The translations under genes were made by a program, and so were the position numbers. Under the pieces are notes generated by a model. The model was not told the origin of the DNA, ran no database searches, and worked only from the letters and a program-made list of their open reading frames with translations. A stretch of DNA of 64,000 bases, taken from assembly GCA_040902555.1 (NCBI GenBank), contig JBBDXC010000013.1, positions 211,832 through 275,831 of the forward strand, in the 5' to 3' direction. Below are positions 28,658 through 37,996 of the stretch, one piece after another (positions within the stretch are counted from its first letter, which is position 1; the number at the start of each line of letters is the position of its first letter). The DNA comes from Dehalococcoidia bacterium (lineage in GTDB: Bacteria > Chloroflexota > Dehalococcoidia > WHTO01).

Positions 28658-29260
28658 TCAGGCCGGCACGGGAACCTCGGCGTACGGCGGGGCCGGGTAG
28701 TACTCGATGTACTTCTGCACCAGCCGCGCCTTCTCTGGGCCCCACAGCCGGCCCACCAGGTGCAGTGCCATGTCGATGCCGGCTGAGACGCCGGCGGCGG
28801 TGATCACGTCGCCCTCGTCCACCCAGCGCTCCTCAACCACCTCGACCCCGTCCTTCTCGCCCAGGTGCGGCCGCATGCCCCACCACGTCGTCGCCTTCTT
28901 GCCCTTCAACAGCCCCGCCCGCTCCAGCACCAGGGCGCCGGTGCAGACTGACGTCGAGATCTCGGCGCTCTTGGCGACTTCGCCGATATAGGCCATGAAC
29001 GCGGGGTTGTCGACCTCGGTGCGCGTGCCCATGCCGCCCGGGACGATGAAGATATCGGGCTTCGGCGCGTCCGCGAAGCTGTAGTCCGCCAGCACGCGTA
29101 GCCCCTTCGCACAGGTAACCGTGCCGCCGTGTTCGGACACGGTGTAGCAACGGGCAGCGTCCTCGTCGACGTGCCGCATGCTGGTCAGGACCTCCCAGGG
29201 ACCGACGAAGTCGAGCTCCTCGGCGTCATTGAACAGGATGAAGGCGATGTTCTTAGTCAT
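28658..29260 (-). CDS. DJ-1/PfpI family protein
   Basis: Nucleophile-elbow Cys in VCTGALVLERAGLL and DJ-1 fold length (200 aa). Confidence 0.8.
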   Translation of the reverse strand: MTKNIAFILFNDAEELDFVGPWEVLTSMRHVDEDAARCYTVSEHGGTVTCAKGLRVLADYSFADAPKPDIFIVPGGMGTRTEVDNPAFMAYIGEVAKSAEISTSVCTGALVLERAGLLKGKKATTWWGMRPHLGEKDGVEVVEERWVDEGDVITAAGVSAGIDMALHLVGRLWGPEKARLVQKYIEYYPAPPYAEVPVPA

Positions 29261-29311
29261 GTGTCCAAGTCTATGCTGACGCCCGCCACCTCGCCTTCCG
29301 AAAGCGGTTAC

Positions 29312-29950
29312 TCAGTTCTCCGGGTAACCCGCCGCCCTCCGTTCGAGGATGCGTTGCGTCACTGAGCGGAAGACGTCGTAGGATTGCGCGCCAACCAGGG
29401 CAAAACGCTCGTCGAAGATGAACGTCGGCGTACCGCTGATACCGGCTGAGTGGGCCGTGTGTGTCGAAGCCCTCACACGCTCGCGGTACGCCCCAGAAGC
29501 GAGCGTCTCCGCCAGGCCCTCACCCAGTCCGCCCTCTCTTCCGATCCGCACGAGCAGATCCGGGTCGCCGATGTTCTCACCGTTCGTGAAATAGGCCTCG
29601 AACAGGCGATGGTGCAGGCGGTTGAACGGCTCGGGGCCGGCCTCGCGGGCGAACTCAGCGGCCTCAAGGGAAGGCAATGACCGCGCGATCAACTGCGGCG
29701 GCTTGATGATCAGCCCTTCCTTCTCGCCCTCCTCGCGGAGCATGCCCATGTAGTCGTCGCCACGGCGGCGGCCGCCAAACAGGCGCTCCGGCGTGATGCC
29801 CTCGGGCGGGATCTCCGGGTGGAGCTCGAATGGCTTCCAATCGATGTCGAGATCGAACTCCCGGGCGAGCCTCTCCACACGGGCGAGGCCTACATAGCAC
29901 CAGGGTCAGATGTAGTCGGAGTAGATGGTCACCGGCAGTGCATCGGTCAT
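29312..29950 (-). CDS. DsbA/FrnE-like thiol:disulfide oxidoreductase with in-frame TGA at the first active-site Cys codon (candidate selenoprotein; alternatively a pseudogene)
   Basis: Minus-strand translation from ATG at 29950 reads MTDALPVTIYSDYI-[TGA at 29908..29906]-PWCYVGLARVERLAREFDLDIDW... and continues in the same frame into the DsbA-like body. The stop sits exactly where the first Cys of the CPWC thioredoxin motif belongs. Confidence 0.6.
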
Positions 29951-30036
29951 GTCCGCAGCCTCCGACGCGGCGCCGCAGCCGTCAATCCCTACTGCACCGA
30001 GCAATAACTACCAAAACACGGTCTTCCCCCGCCAAA

Positions 30037-30095
30037 CCCTCTCCCTGGCAAGGAGAGGGCAGGGTGAGGTCGTGGGGCGGCGGGGTGTGGCGTCC
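30037..30095. repeat. palindromic intergenic repeat family, long variant
   Basis: ccctctccctggcaaggagagggcagggtgaggtcgtggggcggcggggtgtggcgtcc in a divergent promoter region. Confidence 0.75.
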
Positions 30096-30189
30096 GTAAC
30101 CGAGCCGGGTTGACTGTTACCCATCCAGGGGCGGGAACAATTGCGCAGCCTGGGGCGTTAGGGCATTAACCTGCCTGAGGGGGTTGACT

Positions 30190-30474
30190 ATGCGCATGCT
30201 TCTCGCCCTGCCCGTCCTTGCCCTGACGATCGTGGCCGGAGCCCTGCTTACGAGCTCCGCACAAGCAGCCGCCCCTCCCGACATCACCCTTAAGGCCTTC
30301 CTCAAGTGCACCGAAGAACGCCTCATCGTGCGCGTCGTCGTCGTCAACGAAGGCCGCGAGACCGCGCAATTCCTCGAGGTCTATCTCCAGGTCGAGGAGA
30401 ATTCCGGCGACAACATCAACAAGGGCATCGGATTCCAACTACTTCCATATCAGTACGGTGGACATTGCCGGTAA
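30190..30474 (+). CDS. small secreted protein (signal peptide); possibly the N-terminal part of a frameshifted larger gene
   Basis: MRMLLALPVLALTIVAGALLTSSAQAAAP signal peptide. ORF ends 17 nt into the next ORF, which is in a different frame. Confidence 0.5.
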   Translation: MRMLLALPVLALTIVAGALLTSSAQAAAPPDITLKAFLKCTEERLIVRVVVVNEGRETAQFLEVYLQVEENSGDNINKGIGFQLLPYQYGGHCR

Positions 30475-31189
30475 CTGGAGCGACCCGGTACACGCCGGCC
30501 CCTTCTTCATAGACATCAACGCTCCCGGCGCCGCAAGGATCATCGGACCCGCGGCGACCAAGGAATTCCAGCTCTCCACCCAGTTCCGCCTCAAGTGGGC
30601 GGCCAGCGACCCGAACAGTGGCCTCAAGGACTACGACGTGCGCTACCGCATGGCCAGCCTTGGCGGCGATTTCGGCACCTTCAGGAACTGGAAGTTGGCG
30701 ACGACGCTCGTAGATGCTCGTTGGGTGGGCCTGAAAGGCTACACCTACTGCTTCTCGACGCGGGCTCGCGACAACGTCCTCAACGTTTCGGCGTGGAGTG
30801 CGGAGAAGTGTACCGCGATCCCCTTCGATGACCGCGGCCTCACGGCCACGGGCAGTTGGGCGCGGGAGACCGCGTCCGGCTACTATCTCGGCAGCTATTC
30901 GCTCTCGTCAACCACCAACAACACGTTGACCAAGACCGGCATCATGGCGGAGAAGCTGCTGCTGATCGCCACCAAGTGCCCCGGCTGCGGTACAGTGCGC
31001 GTGTTCTGGAATGGCGTCGCGGTCATCGACATCGACCTGGAAAACGCGACAAAGCAACGCCGCCAGTTCATCCTCATCGACGACTTCGGCGTAATGGAGA
31101 CCGGCTCTATCGAGATCCGCATCATCTCCAGCGGTAAACCCGTCTACATCGACGGCCTCGCCGTCGGCAAGACGGCCCCGCTGCCCTAG
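30458..31189 (+). CDS. hypothetical beta-rich (Fn3-like) protein lacking its own signal peptide; possible downstream part of a frameshifted secreted protein
   Basis: GTG start. Beta-sandwich-like sequence (DYDVRYRMAS...GYTYCFSTRARD). Its frame stays protein-like about 40 nt upstream of the annotated start (NYFHISTVDIAGNWSDP). Confidence 0.5.
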   Translation: MDIAGNWSDPVHAGPFFIDINAPGAARIIGPAATKEFQLSTQFRLKWAASDPNSGLKDYDVRYRMASLGGDFGTFRNWKLATTLVDARWVGLKGYTYCFSTRARDNVLNVSAWSAEKCTAIPFDDRGLTATGSWARETASGYYLGSYSLSSTTNNTLTKTGIMAEKLLLIATKCPGCGTVRVFWNGVAVIDIDLENATKQRRQFILIDDFGVMETGSIEIRIISSGKPVYIDGLAVGKTAPLP

Positions 31190-31818
31190 CCGCCTCGTTG
31201 GGCGCTCGCAGAGCGTAGCGCCCGCAGCGCAGGCAAAGCCGCCTGCACAGCCCGCCCACGATGGCTGAGCTCATCCTTGACCGCCGAGGAGAGCTCAGCC
31301 ATCGTCATTTCCTGCCCGGCGGGCTGGAAGATGGGGTCATAGCCGAAACCACCGGCGCCACGCTCGCTGGCGACGATCACGCCCTTAACCTCGCCCCGAA
31401 ACACCTGTTCGTCGTCCGCTGCCGTGAGCACCAGCACGCAGACGAAGCACGCTGCGCGGTCCCGCTGACTCGCCAACTTCTCCAGCAGCCGCGCGCGATT
31501 CGCCGCGTCGCTCGCCCCGTCGCCGGCGAAGCGTGCCGACCTCAGGCCGGGCTCGCCGCCTAGTGCCGCCACCTCAATGCCGGAATCGTCGCCAAGGGCC
31601 GGGAGGCACGCCAGGCGCGAGGCTGCAATGGCCTTCAAGCGGGCGTTTTCCTCGTACGTTGCGCCGCTCTCGTCGACCTCGAAATTAAGGCCAAGGTCGC
31701 GGGGCGTGCGCACCGTCCAGCCCTCCGGGCCGAGCAGCCGCCGGAACTCCTCTGCCTTACCTCTGTTGTTCGTGGCCACTACGATCTCAGGCACAGCCCG
31801 GATGCTAACGCACCTCAC
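31186..31818 (-). CDS. rdgB: non-canonical purine NTP pyrophosphatase (RdgB/HAM1 family)
   Basis: IVVATNNRGKAEEF and FGYDPIFQP Ham1 motifs. GTG start placed at 31818; the longer ORF runs through a repeat element and is not protein-like. Confidence 0.8.
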   Translation of the reverse strand: MRCVSIRAVPEIVVATNNRGKAEEFRRLLGPEGWTVRTPRDLGLNFEVDESGATYEENARLKAIAASRLACLPALGDDSGIEVAALGGEPGLRSARFAGDGASDAANRARLLEKLASQRDRAACFVCVLVLTAADDEQVFRGEVKGVIVASERGAGGFGYDPIFQPAGQEMTMAELSSAVKDELSHRGRAVQAALPALRALRSASAQRGG

Positions 31819-31859
31819 CTCTCCCCCTGTCCCTCCTCTCCGTACACGGAGAGGAGGGA
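31811..31859. repeat. palindromic intergenic repeat family, copy in reverse orientation
   Basis: Reverse complement reads ccctcctctccgtgtacggagaggagggacagggggagaggtgaggtg. Between divergent rdgB and the dapA-family gene. Confidence 0.7.
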
Positions 31860-31879
31860 ATGCTGGAGAATCTAGGCAG

Positions 31880-32791
31880 ATGACAAGACTGACCGGAGCC
31901 ATCGCCGCCACACCGACCCCCTTCACTTCCGCGGGCGGAGTTGACTTCGGCTGGGTCGAGGGACATCTGGACGCCCTGCGCCGCCACAGTTGCGACGGCG
32001 TCCTCATCGCCGGGACGACCGGCGAGGGTCCTTCGTTGACACTGGCCGAGCGCAAGGCGCTGATCGACGTCGTCATGAAGGCACGCGGCAGCCTGGCCGT
32101 GGCCGTCGGTTGCGGCACGCCGAGCCTCCCCGACACCATCGAGGCCGTCCGCCACGCCCACTCCGCCGGCGCCGACGCAGCCCTGGTCCTGCCGCCCTAC
32201 TACTTCCGCCACGTCGGCGCCGAGGGGCTCATCGCCTACTACTCGCGCCTGATCGAGGGCCTGGACCCGGACTCCAACATCTGCCTCTACAACATCCCCC
32301 AGGTCTCCGGCGTGGAGATCAGCGACGACCTCCTCGCGGGCCTCGCCGAGCGCCACCCTGGCCGCGTCGAGGGGATCAAAGACTCCAGCGGCATCATGGA
32401 ACGCACTCTGGGTTACCTTGAGCGCTATCCGAACCTGCACATCTGGCCCGGAGGAGACCGCCTAACATCGGCCATGATCCGGCGTGGCGCACCCGGCGTT
32501 ATGTCAGCAACGGCGTCGTGGGCGCCCGACCTCGTCCGCACCGTACTCGACCAGGTTGCAAGCGGTCCCAGCGGGGGTCAGGCCCGCCTCGATTCAGCGG
32601 AGGCGGTGGGCAACCTCATTGACCCGCGCGCGGGGGTGAAGTATCTCTGCCACCTGCGCTTTGGCCTGCCGGCGACCTTTGTCCGGCCACCGCTGCTCGA
32701 TGCCTCAACCGAGCAGGAAAGTATCCTCCGCGAGGCCTTCGAGCGCCTCGGGCTCGAGGTAAAGGAAGCGGTCGCCAGCCCGACCGCCTAG
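31880..32791 (+). CDS. dihydrodipicolinate synthase family lyase (DapA/NAL family)
   Basis: DHDPS-family features: GTTGEGPSL motif, active-site Lys region (GIKDSSG), Tyr-containing YNIPQVSGVEI. Start at internal ATG 31880 just after the repeat element. Confidence 0.8.
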   Translation: MTRLTGAIAATPTPFTSAGGVDFGWVEGHLDALRRHSCDGVLIAGTTGEGPSLTLAERKALIDVVMKARGSLAVAVGCGTPSLPDTIEAVRHAHSAGADAALVLPPYYFRHVGAEGLIAYYSRLIEGLDPDSNICLYNIPQVSGVEISDDLLAGLAERHPGRVEGIKDSSGIMERTLGYLERYPNLHIWPGGDRLTSAMIRRGAPGVMSATASWAPDLVRTVLDQVASGPSGGQARLDSAEAVGNLIDPRAGVKYLCHLRFGLPATFVRPPLLDASTEQESILREAFERLGLEVKEAVASPTA

Positions 32792-33702
32792 CTCCCCGGC
32801 GCCTCCGGCAGGTCCGTCATCGTCGGGGCGGCGATGGGCCGCGGCCGCGCCACCTTCTGCCGGGCCTTCTCTTCCTCCACGGTCCGCGCGTACTCAGACG
32901 TGACTTCGGCGCCGACCAGGGTGATTACTCCACTGACGTAGATCCAGGCGATGAAGGCCAGCATCACACCGATCGAGCCGTAGGTTTCGTCGAAGGTCGT
33001 GAAATAGCGCAAATAGAAGGCAAAGGCGTTCTTGGCGATCTCGAAGAAAAGAGCAGCCAATAGGGAGCCGAGCAGCACGTATTCCCAGGGGATGTGGCGG
33101 TTCGGGACGAAGCGATAGATGACCGCGAAAGCCGTGAAGGAGATAAACGTCGGGAGAAGGATGAAGAAGATATCCCAGCCAGGCCCGGTAAGGTCGGTCA
33201 GGAAACCCAGGTCTTCCGTTGCCGTGCGGACGATCTGCAGGACGCCCGTCGCCGCCACCGAGGTCAGGAAGAGTGCGCCGATAGCGACCACTGCGCCCAC
33301 ATCGATCAACTTTTGCACCGGCCAGCTGTGCGTGGCCTGGACGTGCCAGGCGTTGTTCAGCGCCGTCCGCAGCGCGCCAAACATAGCGCTTGCCGACAGG
33401 AGCGTGCCGACCAACCCGATGACCGCCAGAAGTCCGCGGGCGTCGATAATCGACTGAACAACGCTGAGCACGTTGTTGCGGCCCTCGACCTGCAGGGGAA
33501 AGAGGTCGTTGACAGCATCGAGCACCCGGCGCTCCACGTCCGCCGGATCGAAGACGTAGGAGGCCAGCGCAATCAGCACGATGCCCATGGGTACCAGCGA
33601 GACCAGCGCGTAATAGGAGATGGCGGCCGCCATGTGCGTGCAGCCGTGAGCCGCGAAATCGGACGCCACCCGTCGCGAGAATTGATAAGAACGCTCGAAC
33701 AC
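32788..33702 (-). CDS. YihY/BrkB family membrane protein
   Basis: Six TM helices and characteristic N-terminal AAISYYALVSLVPMGIVLIA motif. 304 aa. Confidence 0.85.
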   Translation of the reverse strand: MFERSYQFSRRVASDFAAHGCTHMAAAISYYALVSLVPMGIVLIALASYVFDPADVERRVLDAVNDLFPLQVEGRNNVLSVVQSIIDARGLLAVIGLVGTLLSASAMFGALRTALNNAWHVQATHSWPVQKLIDVGAVVAIGALFLTSVAATGVLQIVRTATEDLGFLTDLTGPGWDIFFILLPTFISFTAFAVIYRFVPNRHIPWEYVLLGSLLAALFFEIAKNAFAFYLRYFTTFDETYGSIGVMLAFIAWIYVSGVITLVGAEVTSEYARTVEEEKARQKVARPRPIAAPTMTDLPEAPGS

Positions 33703-33741
33703 TATGTGATGCCCTGACTCAGATTACCAGCCGGCCCGCGC

Positions 33742-33770
33742 ACGCCTGCGTATCAAGCACTGCCTATAAT
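33742..33770 (+). promoter_or_regulatory. putative sigma-70-type promoter (-10 TATAAT at 33765..33770) upstream of proB
   Basis: Perfect TATAAT hexamer 18 nt upstream of the proB ATG in a 68% GC background. Poor -35; short leader. Confidence 0.3.
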
Positions 33771-33788
33771 GCGCCAAAACCGCAACCG

Positions 33789-34922
33789 ATGTCGAAAACC
33801 AACTACCGCCGTGTCGTCGCCAAGTTTGGCACCAACCTGCTGACCGCCGGCTCCGAGCGTCTCGACCTGCAGACGATGGCCGCGCTGGTCGGCCAGGCCG
33901 CCGCGCTGCGCGCTGCTGGAGTCGAGATTGTCCTCGTTACCTCCGGCGCCATCGCCGCCGGTCGTCACGAGCTTGGCAGGCCCCCCGAGGGCGGTGCCGT
34001 CGCCACCCGCCAGGTCCTGGCCTCCATCGGCCAGGGCGCGTTGATGCGCGCCTACAGCGACCTCTTCGCCTGGCACGACCTCACGGTCGCCCAGGCGCTG
34101 CTCACGCGGCGCGACCTCGCCGACAGGGCCTCCTACCTCAACGCCCGCACCACCCTGCTCTCCCTCCTGGAGCTCGGCGTAGTCCCTATCGCCAACGAGA
34201 ACGACGTGGTCGCCGTGGACGAAATCGCGGACGCCACCATCGGCGACAACGACTCGCTGTCGGCGCTGGTCGCCCACCTGATCGAGGCCGACCTCCTGGT
34301 CATGCTGACCGACAGCGGCGGCCTCTTCCGCAGCGACCCGCGGGCCTCCCCGGACGCCGAGCTGATCGAGCGCGTCGAGAACATCGAGGAGATCGCGGAG
34401 CTGGTCCGCGAGCGCGAGGTCTCCCAGGGCGGGCGCGGGGGCATGGCCAGCAAGGTGGAGGCGGCCCGCCTGGCGACAGCCGGCGGCACCGACGTCGTGA
34501 TCGCCGGCGGCCACGATGAGGACGCCCTGCTGCGCGCCGCCCGCGGCGAGAAGGCCGGCACTCTGTTTCCCTCGCGCCTCAGCCGGCTCGAGGGACGGCG
34601 CCGCTTCATGCTGGCCGGCCTTTCGGCGCGGGGAAAGCTTGTCGTCGACCCGGGCGCCGCGGCGGCCTTGCTGGGCCAGGGCCGCAGTCTCCTCCCCGCC
34701 GGCGTGATGCGCGTGGAAGGCCCCTTCGAGCGCGGCGACATCGTCACCATCGCCAACGGCGACGGCCGCAAAATCGGCTACGGCATGGTCAACTACAACG
34801 CCGAGGACGCCGCCACCATCGCCGGGAGGAAATCGGCCGATGTGGAGGCCCTCCTCGGCCACGATTTCGGCGCCGAGCTGGTCCACCGCAACAACCTAGT
34901 CATGCTCGACAAACCCGCGTAG
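33789..34922 (+). CDS. proB: glutamate 5-kinase
   Basis: RVVAKFGTNLLT and VLVTSGAIAAG amino-acid-kinase motifs plus a C-terminal PUA domain. 377 aa. Confidence 0.92.
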   Translation: MSKTNYRRVVAKFGTNLLTAGSERLDLQTMAALVGQAAALRAAGVEIVLVTSGAIAAGRHELGRPPEGGAVATRQVLASIGQGALMRAYSDLFAWHDLTVAQALLTRRDLADRASYLNARTTLLSLLELGVVPIANENDVVAVDEIADATIGDNDSLSALVAHLIEADLLVMLTDSGGLFRSDPRASPDAELIERVENIEEIAELVREREVSQGGRGGMASKVEAARLATAGGTDVVIAGGHDEDALLRAARGEKAGTLFPSRLSRLEGRRRFMLAGLSARGKLVVDPGAAAALLGQGRSLLPAGVMRVEGPFERGDIVTIANGDGRKIGYGMVNYNAEDAATIAGRKSADVEALLGHDFGAELVHRNNLVMLDKPA

Positions 34923-34957
34923 GCCCCGCATCCCGCGCCATCTGCAATCCTTGTCCC

Positions 34958-35332
34958 GTGGAAGCCGAAGCCAGCGAGCGCGCTACCGATGTTCCCCTCC
35001 CGCGCGCCCCAGCCTCCGACGACCCCGGCGACAAGATCGTCGGCATCATCAAGCGCGTCGAGGAAACCCTTTTCGTCCCCATCTTCAGCCTCCTGCTGGC
35101 CTCGCCGATCTGGGGCCCCCTGGCCGGCTGGGCTTTCGATTGGCCGCTCTGGCTGATCCTCCTGGTCAGCCTCACGCCGTGCCTGTCGCTCTTCCTCGCC
35201 GGCGCTATGCACATCGCGCTGCGTAAGTGGACACACCTGCGCCGTTCGCGGGCCAGCTCCTTCGAGCCGCCGCTGATCCTGGCCTGCCTGCTGGCCGGCG
35301 TGGTCGCGCCGCTGCTGGCCTACTACGGCTGA
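34958..35332 (+). CDS. small membrane protein, function unknown
   Basis: Three hydrophobic helices after an acidic N-terminus. 124 aa. Confidence 0.45.
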   Translation: MEAEASERATDVPLPRAPASDDPGDKIVGIIKRVEETLFVPIFSLLLASPIWGPLAGWAFDWPLWLILLVSLTPCLSLFLAGAMHIALRKWTHLRRSRASSFEPPLILACLLAGVVAPLLAYYG

Positions 35333-35333
35333 G

Positions 35334-36290
35334 CTAGAAGCTGGCGCTGATCGCGGTCAGCTCCTCTACTTCCTTCGGAGTGAGCCGAAGGTCGATGGCC
35401 GGCAGCTGGTCGGCCAGCTGCTCGGGCGAGTTGGCCCCGGCAATCGGCGCGGCGATAACAGGGTTGGCCAGCAGCCAGGCCAGCGCCACGGCCGCCGGCG
35501 CCACCGAGTGCGCCTCCGCCACCCTGTCGAGGACCTCCAGCACCGCGAACCCCCGCTCGTTCATGTATTCGTTGGTCCGCTCGCGGCGGGCGCTGCGGAC
35601 GGTGCGACCCGCCCGGTACTTCCCGGTCAGGAAGCCGGCAGCTAGCGGGCTGTAGGGGATCACGGCTATCCCTTCCTTTTCGCAGATCGGCATCGGGCCG
35701 CCCTCGAACTCGCGACGCTTGACCAGGCTGTAGTTCGGCTGCAGCGTGGCGAAGCGCGGGAGGTTCTCGCGCTCGGCGACGTCGATAGCCTCCTGCAGCA
35801 ACTCGGCGGAGTAGTTCGAGGCGCCGATGTAGCGCACCTTGCCAGCCTTGATCAGGTCGTCGAAGGCCCGCAGCGTCTCTTCGATTGGCGTTGAGGTATC
35901 AGGCCAGTGGGTCTGGTAGAGGTCTATCGTGTCGACCTGCAGGCGGCGCAGGCTGTCCTCGGCCGCCCGCATGACGTGGCTGCGCGAAAGGCCCTCGCCA
36001 TCCGGCCCGTCCCACATCTTTCCGCGCAGCTTCGTCGCGACCACCAGCTGGTCACGGTTCCCGCGCTCCTTCATCCAGCGGCCGATCATCTCTTCGGCCA
36101 CGCCGCCGTGGTTACCCTTGACCCAGTTGGAATAGATGTCGGCCGTGTCGATGAAATTCCCGCCGGCCGCCACGAAGGCATCCATCGTCTGGCCGGCTTC
36201 ACCCTCGTCCGCTGTCCATCCCCACTGCATGGTGCCCAGGCAGAGGGGCGAAACTTTCAGGTCGGTCTTGCCCAGTTGTCGCAGTTCCAT
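35334..36290 (-). CDS. aldo/keto reductase
   Basis: MELRQLGKTDLKVSPLCLGTMQWG N-terminus, catalytic tetrad context (DTADIY, ...HWPD). Start at internal ATG 36290. Confidence 0.85.
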   Translation of the reverse strand: MELRQLGKTDLKVSPLCLGTMQWGWTADEGEAGQTMDAFVAAGGNFIDTADIYSNWVKGNHGGVAEEMIGRWMKERGNRDQLVVATKLRGKMWDGPDGEGLSRSHVMRAAEDSLRRLQVDTIDLYQTHWPDTSTPIEETLRAFDDLIKAGKVRYIGASNYSAELLQEAIDVAERENLPRFATLQPNYSLVKRREFEGGPMPICEKEGIAVIPYSPLAAGFLTGKYRAGRTVRSARRERTNEYMNERGFAVLEVLDRVAEAHSVAPAAVALAWLLANPVIAAPIAGANSPEQLADQLPAIDLRLTPKEVEELTAISASF

Positions 36291-36414
36291 GCTGGTCAGG
36301 CTAATCCATGACGCGGGGCATTTTACTCCAACCACTTCGCCCGCTGTCGATACAATCTTGTGAAGGACAGGTTAGTTCCCGGTTTCGAGCTCGCCGGGCA
36401 AGGAGTAGCGATCC

Positions 36415-37245
36415 ATGCGGGTCATGGGACGGGAGACCACCGCCGAGAAGCGCGAAGTCGAGCTATTCGACTCGGTCTACGGGCGGGCCGTCAGCCGCTT
36501 CCTGCAGCGCGTCGACATCCTGACCGCCGAGCGCTGGCGCGCCGGCAAAGACGAGGACGCTCGACCCATCCGCCACCTGGGCCGCCTTCTCATCGCCCAG
36601 GAAACAGGCGTGGGCCTGATTCGGGCCAGCGTCGCCGGAGATCCATTCGGTCCCCTGACGAAGCAGCCGGTGTCGGTCCCAGACGTGGCAAAAAGCGAAC
36701 CTTCCGACCTGCTCGAAGCCCTGCGCGCCGCCGTGGCGGCTCAGCTGGAGCTCGTTCGCGGACTCGAGGACGACGGCCTCCTGCGCAGGCCCGCCGGCGT
36801 CCCCGGCTGGCAGCGCCCGGGTACCCTGCGCCACCTCCTCGACCACCTCTACATCCAGTTCCCACTGCACTACCAGCAGATCCGCGCTGTCTCTGGCAAA
36901 CCCCGCCTGCCACATTGGTTCGAGGATTGGATGCCCGAGAGCTCGAACGACTTCTACAACAGGCTCTTCCGCCTGCTGCCTCTGCTCTACACGCCCGTCG
37001 AGGGCAGCGATGGTAAGCCGTCGAGCGTTTGTATCGAGCTGACGCAGCCCGGTGGTGGCCGCTGGCGCCTGGCCGCCGAGGGCACCCGCGCAACGTCGGA
37101 GCTCGACTGCGAGGCGGGCGCCGGCGCGACGATTAAGTCCCGACCGCTCAAGTTCCTCGACTTCCTGACTGGCCAGGGCAAGGTCTCAAGTAGCGGGCGT
37201 TCCGACCTTGCCCGCAACTTTCACAAGGCCTTCCCGCTCATCTGA
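36415..37245 (+). CDS. hypothetical protein (DinB/MDMPI-N-like helical domain plus C-terminal domain)
   Basis: Protein-like, motif-poor. His-rich helix LRHLLDHLYIQFPLHY. Confidence 0.4.
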   Translation: MRVMGRETTAEKREVELFDSVYGRAVSRFLQRVDILTAERWRAGKDEDARPIRHLGRLLIAQETGVGLIRASVAGDPFGPLTKQPVSVPDVAKSEPSDLLEALRAAVAAQLELVRGLEDDGLLRRPAGVPGWQRPGTLRHLLDHLYIQFPLHYQQIRAVSGKPRLPHWFEDWMPESSNDFYNRLFRLLPLLYTPVEGSDGKPSSVCIELTQPGGGRWRLAAEGTRATSELDCEAGAGATIKSRPLKFLDFLTGQGKVSSSGRSDLARNFHKAFPLI

Positions 37246-37856
37246 TGTCTGTGGTCGGCATCCTCCTGGCCGCCGGCGAGTCCAGCCGCATGGGCCGTCC
37301 CAAGGCGCTTCTGCCCTGGGGGCCGTCTTCCACGCTGCTCGAGCACCAGGTGCGGCAGTTGGTCGAGGGCGGCTGCGACCACGTCTTCGTGGTCAGCGGT
37401 GCGGTAACTGAGGTCGAACCCCTGGCCGAGGCGGCGGGCGCCACGGCGGTCCGCAACGATCGCTGGCGCGAGGGTCGGGCCAGCTCGACCAGAGCCGGCG
37501 CAGCCGCCGCGCCCGGCGACACCGAGATAGTCATCGTGGCAAGCGTCGACCAGCCGACGACCGCTGCGATCGTCGGCCAACTCATCCAATGCGTTCGCGA
37601 CAACCCCGCCGTCATCTACGTCCCAGTCCAGGACGGAAAGCGCGGCCACCCCGTGGCACTCCCAGGAAAGTTCCTCCCGGAGCTAAGGGAAGTCCAGGAG
37701 GAAACGCACGGACTCCACGATCTCGTGGAAGCCTATCCGCCCTCCGAGGTCGACTTCGAGGACGCCATCGTCCTGGCCGACATCAACAGCCCCGAGGACT
37801 ACACGCGCTGGCACGAGCACGCCTTCCCCGGCAGCCAACCCGCGGCGGTGGGTTAG
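37245..37856 (+). CDS. MobA-like nucleotidyltransferase (molybdenum cofactor cytidylyl/guanylyltransferase family)
   Basis: N-terminal GILLAAGESSRMGRPKALLPW is the signature NTP-transferase motif. 203 aa. Confidence 0.7.
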   Translation: MSVVGILLAAGESSRMGRPKALLPWGPSSTLLEHQVRQLVEGGCDHVFVVSGAVTEVEPLAEAAGATAVRNDRWREGRASSTRAGAAAAPGDTEIVIVASVDQPTTAAIVGQLIQCVRDNPAVIYVPVQDGKRGHPVALPGKFLPELREVQEETHGLHDLVEAYPPSEVDFEDAIVLADINSPEDYTRWHEHAFPGSQPAAVG

Positions 37857-37915
37857 CCCCGCTTCCCCTGCGCACGGACCAACTCTCCGGTGACAAACCA
37901 CCTCCGTTCCCAGGT

Positions 37916-37976
37916 CCCCTCTCCTTGGCAAGGAGAGGGTTAGGGTGAGGTTGAGGGGCGGCGGGGAGGGGCGTCC
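37916..37976. repeat. palindromic intergenic repeat family, long variant
   Basis: cccctctccttggcaaggagagggttagggtgaggttgaggggcggcggggaggggcgtcc between convergent genes. Confidence 0.8.
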
Positions 37977-37996
37977 TTTCGGTCTGGAGCCAGTGC

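Noticed and set aside
29906-29908. Treating the TGA in the DsbA-like gene simply as a pseudogene-inactivating stop
   Set aside because: Not discarded but not preferred. The stop falls exactly on the catalytic Cys codon with the frame fully preserved on both sides, which fits Sec recoding better than random decay. Listed as a candidate pending Sec-machinery evidence.
31819-32139. N-terminal extension of the rdgB ORF
   Set aside because: Runs through the repeat element and the divergent dapA-family gene. Ham1 domain begins at about 31818.
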